From Candidatus Bathyarchaeota archaeon (lineage in GTDB: Archaea; Thermoproteota; Bathyarchaeia; TCS64): 64,000 bases of DNA. The position numbers were made by a program, and so were the translations under genes. The notes below the pieces were generated by a model. That model did no database searches. It saw only the letters and a program-made list of their open reading frames with translations, and was not told where the DNA came from. The stretch is from contig CAVYLP010000004.1 of assembly GCA_963769425.1 (NCBI GenBank), positions 320,001 to 384,000 on the forward strand, read 5' to 3'. This document shows, in pieces, positions 58,000-64,000 of this stretch. Within the stretch, counting starts at the first letter, position 1. Each line of letters starts with the position of its first letter.

Positions 58000-59619
58000 T
58001 TAGAAATTAGTGAGTAGGTTTTCGACGCCTCTTCTGCAGAAGACGTAGGATAGGACGAGGATAACGCAACCAACTATCAATGAGATGATGAATAATGTTA
58101 TGGTCGAGAAACCCAGTGTCGAGGTACCGATTAAGAATCCCAGTACCACAGGTGTAAACACGAGGAGGGATGTCAACCCGGCTAATAGGAAGCCGATGAG
58201 GAAACCCTTCAAGGAAACGTATCTGCTCCTCGCCCCAACGTTATAATCCGGCCACCTCGAACCCACTCCGAGACCTATGAAGCTGTTGATCACTATGACA
58301 AGAATCGCCGTCACCAAGATCTCCGAGGCATCGATTAAGCTGATAGGTGTGATGAACTCTAGGCCAAGCATCACGCCGATGGTGGCTACACCTGATATCA
58401 GCCATGCGGGGGCCAGCTTTCCCTTAATCAACTCCGTCGGCTTGATGGGTAGTGTGAGTAGGTTCATCACCGATTTACCTTCTTGGCCTATCACAATTGT
58501 TGAAAACATCAGAGGCGTTATGTAGGGTATCATCAAAGTGATAATGAACACCGGCTCCCCTAGGTCCCCCCCACCCGGAGTGAGGAGTATCGGGAGGATT
58601 GAGGAGATGATGATGACGATCGGTATCGCGATGAATCTTGCCATATCCTTTCTACGCAGCAGGGCCCTGAACTCCTTCAAGGCGAGAGCGGCCTCAAGGG
58701 GGTTGTATCCGAGCCTAAGCTTACTCGAGGAGTGGGGTATGTACTTCGTGGAGGAGTCGAAGGAGATTGAAATTGGGATGGGGGACCAGTAGATTCGCCT
58801 CAGTTGAGAGGCGGCTTCGTAGACTAGGAGGGTGAACCCCACCGATAACCCGGAGAAGAGTGCTGCTCTTAGGAGGTCTCTACCCGTGAAGCTGATCAAA
58901 GCTATGGCTGGCCAGACGATTGGTAAAACCCATATCGTTTCGACTCCGGCGGTTAACTGTCCCAGAACGTAGTATAGTAAGTAGGGTTGAAAGGCGATCT
59001 GAATAACTACGAATAGTAGGATCAGGGCCACTAGCCTCGAAATCATTCCTAGTCGGCTACTCTTCCTGTAGACGGTCGATGAAACCCTGTTCATCACCGA
59101 TCTGAGTATCTCGATGATGAGCGCCCCGAGTATTAGGGAGAGCAGGGATAGCATCATAGCCGGTGACCAGAGGTCAAACAACCCAGTTCGCAGGGCCAGG
59201 GGGAGTGTGAGCCCAGCCGTGATCGCCAGAATCTCGGAGTAGACGAAGGAGGTCGATAACGCTGAGGCGACGACGTATTCGCCGGGGGTGAGGGGAAGCC
59301 AGTTCACCGCCTCGCTGGAAGATATGGCCGACCCTTGACTGAGTTCAAACATGAGGCCGGCGACGATCACAGCGGAGGTCATCAGGACTGGTATGCCGAT
59401 CATTGCTTGGGTGAGGAGCCCCGCTAACACCGTAGTCATTGATTCCGGTATCATTCCCACAATATACCACATGAATGCCAGTGGAGCCGCAAATAACGCT
59501 GCATCGACCAGGAGCATAACCCTCGGCTTAGAAAAGAATGTTATCCTACCGCCCCGACTTGATCGAAGATAGGACTTGAAGAGAGCTGAGGACAGGGCAG
59601 CAACTAGGCTGAGCCTCAC
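58000..59619 (-). CDS. Putative ABC exporter permease
   Basis: Multi-TM protein with KEFRALLR and QEGKS..LLTLPI...IKGK motifs; coupled to the ABC ATPase. Confidence 0.85.
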   Translation of the reverse strand: MRLSLVAALSSALFKSYLRSSRGGRITFFSKPRVMLLVDAALFAAPLAFMWYIVGMIPESMTTVLAGLLTQAMIGIPVLMTSAVIVAGLMFELSQGSAISSSEAVNWLPLTPGEYVVASALSTSFVYSEILAITAGLTLPLALRTGLFDLWSPAMMLSLLSLILGALIIEILRSVMNRVSSTVYRKSSRLGMISRLVALILLFVVIQIAFQPYLLYYVLGQLTAGVETIWVLPIVWPAIALISFTGRDLLRAALFSGLSVGFTLLVYEAASQLRRIYWSPIPISISFDSSTKYIPHSSSKLRLGYNPLEAALALKEFRALLRRKDMARFIAIPIVIIISSILPILLTPGGGDLGEPVFIITLMIPYITPLMFSTIVIGQEGKSVMNLLTLPIKPTELIKGKLAPAWLISGVATIGVMLGLEFITPISLIDASEILVTAILVIVINSFIGLGVGSRWPDYNVGARSRYVSLKGFLIGFLLAGLTSLLVFTPVVLGFLIGTSTLGFSTITLFIISLIVGCVILVLSYVFCRRGVENLLTNF

Positions 59620-60380
59620 AGCCTAAGGGCCTCCACAAGCTTCGCCGTGTCCTCTCCACCGGTTAGCTTCAGGAAGACGTCCTCGAGGCTCGAACCCTTT
59701 AGGCCAGCCATATCCTTGATCTCCTGAGGGGTTCCTTTGGCTACGACTGAACCGTCGCCAATTATGGTAATCGCGTTGCAGATCGCGTCCGCAATCTCCA
59801 GCACGTGTGTGCTGAAGAGGACTGAGACCCCCTCTGTGGCTAACCGGTGCAGGATCTCCTTTACTATTCTCGCTGATCTGGGGTCGAGTCCATTCAGGGG
59901 CTCGTCCAGTATCAGGACCTTAGGTCGGTGCATGAGCGCTGAGATCAATGCAACTTTCTGTCTCATGCCCTGCGAGTAGCCACTCATCACCTCGTTGACG
60001 TGCTTGTCCATCTGGAGGACTTGGAGGAGCTCACCCACTCTATCCTTCCGCTCCTCCGAGGATAGCCCATACGCTATACCAACGAGGTCAAGGTACTCGG
60101 CCGCGGAGAGGTACTCGTAGAGAAATGGGGTCTCAGGGACATAGCCTATCTGTTTTCTCGCCTCGACCGGATGAGCTCCGACGTCCACCCCACACACGGT
60201 GACGCTGCCCGAGTCGGGTTTGATTACTCCCATTATAATCTTCATAGTTGTGCTCTTGCCTGAGCCGTTTGGGCCAAGTAGCCCCATGATCTCGCCGGGC
60301 TCGACGCTGAGGCTGAAGTTGTTGACTGCCTTTAACTCTCCAAAGGACTTTGACACATCCACGACCGAGATATTTACCAA
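59616..60380 (-). CDS. ABC transporter ATP-binding protein
   Basis: GPNGSGKST, YSQGMRQK, ILDEP and STH motifs. Confidence 0.97.
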   Translation of the reverse strand: MVNISVVDVSKSFGELKAVNNFSLSVEPGEIMGLLGPNGSGKSTTMKIIMGVIKPDSGSVTVCGVDVGAHPVEARKQIGYVPETPFLYEYLSAAEYLDLVGIAYGLSSEERKDRVGELLQVLQMDKHVNEVMSGYSQGMRQKVALISALMHRPKVLILDEPLNGLDPRSARIVKEILHRLATEGVSVLFSTHVLEIADAICNAITIIGDGSVVAKGTPQEIKDMAGLKGSSLEDVFLKLTGGEDTAKLVEALRL

Positions 60381-60555
60381 GATTTACCCCTGCGATGCTC
60401 GCTGATTCAGGGTTGCATTTATTAACCTTTGTCATAACCCACCTCTGACACATGTTTATTTTAAAAATAAGTTCAAGAGGCCACGTCGAGCGCCATCCCG
60501 AGAGACGCAACTAGTACATCATATAAATGTACACACCAAACTTTAATCGAATATA

Positions 60556-61530
60556 ATGTACAAGCCAACCCTCAAAGACGTATTAGATGCCAGGAAACGA
60601 ATACAACTCTACCTGGCGAAGACCCCTCTACGCGATTATGGTGCACTCTCCGAGGCAGTAGGCTGTGAGATGTATGTTAAACATGAAAACTACCAGCCCA
60701 CGTGTGCATTCAAGATCAGAGGCGGGATCAACCTAGTCAGCCAACTGAGCCCCGAGGAGAAGCGCCTCGGAGTAGTAACCGCTTCCACCGGTAATCACGG
60801 TCAATCGATAGCTTTAGCGTCGAAGATGTTCGGCGTGAAGGCGATCATATGCGTGCCAAGGAACCCTAACCCCGATAAGGTCCGTGCTATCAAGGGCTAC
60901 GGGGCTGAGATCGTCGAGGAGGGGGCGGATTTTGAGGAGGCTAAGAATAACGCTGAGAGGCTCGCTCATGAACATGGCTACAGGTACATACACAGCGGAA
61001 ATGAGCCTCACCTCATCGCGGGTGTCGGGACGATCGGCCTCGAGATGATTGAGGATCAGCCGGCACTCGACGCTGTTATTGTTCCGGTGGGGGGAGGCTC
61101 TGGCGCCTCAGGGGTCTCAACCGTCTATAAGACGATGTCTCCTGAGACGAGAATTATCGGTGTTCAGGCCGAGGAGGCGCAGAGCGTCTTCCTGAGCTGG
61201 AGGAGCGGCAGGATGGAGAGCACGGGGAAGTCGAGGACCTTCGCCGATGGGTTAGCGACGAGGAGTGCCTTCGAGCTCCCGCTGGAGATTATGAGGGAGA
61301 ATCTAGACGACTTCGTGCTGGTCTCTGAGGATGAGATGAAGGCGGCCATCAGGCTCTACGTTGAGAAGGCTCATACGATAGCCGAGGGGGCTGGGGCCGC
61401 CTCTCTCGCGGCGGCTATTAAGATGCGTGATATGCTGAGGGGTAAAAAAGTGGGTGTTGTTCTCAGTGGTGGAAATCTCACCGCGGATATGCTCCGAGAC
61501 ATATTGAATGGTTCGAACCCGACTCCATGA
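60556..61530 (+). CDS. Threonine/serine dehydratase (PLP fold II, no ACT domain)
   Basis: KHEN.QPT.AFKIRG, ASTGNHGQ, PVGGGSG and SGGN motifs. Confidence 0.93.
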   Translation: MYKPTLKDVLDARKRIQLYLAKTPLRDYGALSEAVGCEMYVKHENYQPTCAFKIRGGINLVSQLSPEEKRLGVVTASTGNHGQSIALASKMFGVKAIICVPRNPNPDKVRAIKGYGAEIVEEGADFEEAKNNAERLAHEHGYRYIHSGNEPHLIAGVGTIGLEMIEDQPALDAVIVPVGGGSGASGVSTVYKTMSPETRIIGVQAEEAQSVFLSWRSGRMESTGKSRTFADGLATRSAFELPLEIMRENLDDFVLVSEDEMKAAIRLYVEKAHTIAEGAGAASLAAAIKMRDMLRGKKVGVVLSGGNLTADMLRDILNGSNPTP

Positions 61531-61780
61531 AAATTTCGATCCAATGAATATGGAAACCATATTCCTTTTATTCAATTCTTAGTTTAAAAGTAAACTGTAA
61601 AATTCATCACAGGGGTAGAATGAGAGATTAAGCGTGACTTAGTAAAAAGGGGATTTGATATTCACCACATAGACGGTAAAAGCCCGAGGGAGATCCTCAG
61701 AATTTGAATGACCCTGAAATATGTAGACATGTTCATGAAGCGCATCAGAAGAATAGAAGCACTTCGAAGCGTCGCCGTCT

Positions 61781-62896
61781 GTGGGGTTAAAAAGAAATCA
61801 TTTGATTCTAGTTGTGGTAGTTCTAATTGCCGCTTTCAGTGTCGCCATCTTTCTGAAGATGCCACTCTTACATGAGCAGTTTACCCAGAGCACAGCCGAT
61901 GCGTTGAATGAACAGATAATTAATACCCCGCCGGGGAGTAGCTCGGAGAGCCGCAGAGACCTGCTTCTGAGCTTTGACGACTTCATCTCGAAGAATTTTC
62001 CAGTCACACTCACTCAGGGCGCGGTGGCGAATCTACTCGAACTCAGAACAAAGCGAGCCATTGAGGAGATCCGCTCCACCAGTGTCCAGGAGGGGAGCAT
62101 GAGGGTCTGGTACATATACAACATGGGGGTTGTCATCAAGACGGCGAACGCCACTATAGGCATAGACGTAGCAGGCACGTATGTGGCCCCCTCCATCGCC
62201 GACGTCGGAGGGCTCCTCGACGTGCTCATCGTGACCCACCCCCACGGAGACCATCTCGACGCGAAGGTCGCAGCCGCCGCGGCGAAGGCCGGGGCTAAGA
62301 TTGTCGTAGCTGACGAGAGGGTAAGGGTCGACTACCTGAATCAGAATAACCTAGTGAGGGACCCTAATGGGGAGAGTATGGTCAAGGTCCTCACCGGGTC
62401 AGCCTTGGCAGCTCAGGCATTGGTCGGTTTGGAGCCGGGGGGGACAATTGACGTGAAGGGTGTCAGGATCACGGCGTACCCCGCGGAGCACAGTACTCCG
62501 AATGACACTGAGGACGCCTTCTCGGCGACGCCTACGGATTGGTTCTACGTCGAGGTCTCGGGTTTCTGCATCCTTCATACCGGGGACGGCTTCTTCAATG
62601 GCTTAAAGCCTGATTTCTCGGGTAAACGTGTGGACCTCTACATTATTCACTACGTTGACGGGATGATCACAGAGGACTACTATAAGCTGGTTCCGCAGAG
62701 CCGCGTCATGTTCCCGCTTCATCTCCATGAGCTCGGCCACGGTAGGGGGATACTTGACTATGCGATGTTCAGTAACGCCCTCGGGCAGGAGAGGAATGGT
62801 GATCTCTGGCTCAGCCATACAGTGCCTCAGGATACGGGGATGCGCTACGTCCCTCTCGTCTGGGGTGAGAGCTTGGAAATGAGTGTCGGCAAATGA
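61781..62896 (+). CDS. Membrane-anchored MBL-fold metallo-hydrolase
   Basis: N-terminal TM helix; THPHGDHLD, HTGD and PLHLHE motifs. Confidence 0.85.
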   Translation: MGLKRNHLILVVVVLIAAFSVAIFLKMPLLHEQFTQSTADALNEQIINTPPGSSSESRRDLLLSFDDFISKNFPVTLTQGAVANLLELRTKRAIEEIRSTSVQEGSMRVWYIYNMGVVIKTANATIGIDVAGTYVAPSIADVGGLLDVLIVTHPHGDHLDAKVAAAAAKAGAKIVVADERVRVDYLNQNNLVRDPNGESMVKVLTGSALAAQALVGLEPGGTIDVKGVRITAYPAEHSTPNDTEDAFSATPTDWFYVEVSGFCILHTGDGFFNGLKPDFSGKRVDLYIIHYVDGMITEDYYKLVPQSRVMFPLHLHELGHGRGILDYAMFSNALGQERNGDLWLSHTVPQDTGMRYVPLVWGESLEMSVGK

Positions 62897-62988
62897 GAGA
62901 ACGTGTTTTCTAACTACGCACTTATACTTCTCCACTTCTCCTGCATATTATCAGCAGTTTCAAAACCTTTCACAGGAAAAATTCTACG

Positions 62989-63507
62989 TTACTTTAACTC
63001 GGGTTTAATTGCCTTGTTTCGACCGTCGCCGTGGACTCTGTCCCCAAGAGCTGCCTTTAGGACTCTCATGTCCTGCGGGTCTGCGTCAAAGACATACTTG
63101 TATTCACCCTGATTGGATACCAGGGTTAACAAGTACCTGTCCACTTGGATGTGGGAGTCCTCATCTTTTCCCTCATTCTCGTAGTCTACGTAGGCTCTTG
63201 TTACCTCTGGTAGATCTAAGGCAATGTTTCCTGGTGTTTCAGCTAAGATTTGTTCGGGGCTCATCTTAAGATATTTGCGTGAATACTCCACTATGTCCTG
63301 GGGAAGCAGAACCTTACCGGCTAATAGTTTACCCATGAACCCTTTCGCACGGACTTTAGACATTGCTAAAGCCTCCTGCATCTGTGGGCCGCCGAACTGA
63401 GTAAGTAGAATCCTATGCTCCGTGGTGACCAACATCCAGCCTTTTGTGGTGGGTTTTCCGGTTGCCTGTATGAGATGTTGGATGACACCTACTACTTGTT
63501 CGACCAT
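62989..63507 (-). CDS. Hypothetical protein (PH-like beta-rich pattern)
   Basis: 172-aa ORF with LVTTEHRILL; protein-like composition. Confidence 0.65.
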   Translation of the reverse strand: MVEQVVGVIQHLIQATGKPTTKGWMLVTTEHRILLTQFGGPQMQEALAMSKVRAKGFMGKLLAGKVLLPQDIVEYSRKYLKMSPEQILAETPGNIALDLPEVTRAYVDYENEGKDEDSHIQVDRYLLTLVSNQGEYKYVFDADPQDMRVLKAALGDRVHGDGRNKAIKPELK

Positions 63508-63566
63508 GGTTATAGTTACATCCAGATATAAAAAAAATTTCTTAGAAAAAGCAATAATTTTCGCTA

Positions 63567-64000
63567 TTATCGTCTCTGCCGGAGGTATAGACCGAATATG
63601 ATTCCTATGACCAGACCTCCTAGGTGAGCGCCATGTGCGATGGTGTCAGGGGTGAATAATCCCAGCAGGTCGAGTAATGCGTAGGCTGGAACGATTACGA
63701 TTATTGGCAGGGGGAGGATGAAGCCGAGGTACACGACCTGTAGGGGGTCGAGGACGGCGAGGGCTCCCATTATGCCGTAGATTGACCCGGAGGCCCCGAG
63801 ACCCGGTATATATGGGCTGAATGATGTGATCTGGTACCCGATGTTTCCGATTATTCCGGCGAGTATGAAGATTATTAGGAAAAGTTTCGGTCCTAGGATC
63901 CGCTCAAGGTAGGTCCCGAAGATTAGAAGCACGACCATGTTTACGATTAAGTGTTCGAGGCTCGCGTGCAGGAAGATTGAGGTGATATAAACCCAGGGGT
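63567..64000 (-). CDS. Rhomboid intramembrane serine protease (5' truncated by the window edge)
   Basis: FLHA..EHLIVNM, GASG and AHLGG motifs. Confidence 0.92.
   Translation of the reverse strand, partial: PWVYITSIFLHASLEHLIVNMVVLLIFGTYLERILGPKLFLIIFILAGIIGNIGYQITSFSPYIPGLGASGSIYGIMGALAVLDPLQVVYLGFILPLPIIVIVPAYALLDLLGLFTPDTIAHGAHLGGLVIGIIFGLYLRQRR

Noticed and set aside
31822-58000. Integrated provirus or transposon as carrier of the island
   Set aside because: No integrase, transposase, capsid gene, tRNA target or att direct repeat recognised
61630-61710. HNH-like fragment (FDIHHIDG)
   Set aside because: Very short, flanked by stops, and lacking the downstream Asn/His residues

Overview
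Archaeal chromosome segment. Fibrillarin, Nop5, GatDE and Elp3 are present, and an S30e ribosomal protein points to the TACK/Thermoproteota or Asgard lineages; gene content suggests Bathyarchaeia (inference). Bases 1-31.8 kb are a GC-rich core of housekeeping genes. That core also holds an unusual block of seven small winged-helix proteins, divergent from a non-canonical NurA-HerA pair that lacks mre11/rad50. From about 31.8 kb to 58 kb the DNA is a visibly AT-richer accessory region. Its centrepiece is an apparently complete gas-vesicle gene cluster of the haloarchaeal/Methanosarcina type: gvpA plus a GvpC-like gene, divergent from padR-hsp20 // gvpN-O-[MEDS-PadR]-F-G-J-K-L-[GvpL/F::J-domain]-dnaK-M. 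The cluster embeds its own Hsp70 next to a Gvp protein fused to an HPD-containing J-domain, and two inverted paralogous wHTH genes bracket it. Downstream are decaying regulators, tandem duplications, a HAD-phosphatase/isoprenoid-kinase fusion and a 614-bp non-coding element bounded by 54-bp imperfect inverted repeats. Several single-base frameshifts in conserved genes (gatE, mscS, adk twice, DUF2000) suggest assembly indel errors, so pseudogene calls are tentative. No rRNA, tRNA, CRISPR array or integrase was recognised. All calls are from motif recognition by eye; no database search was run.
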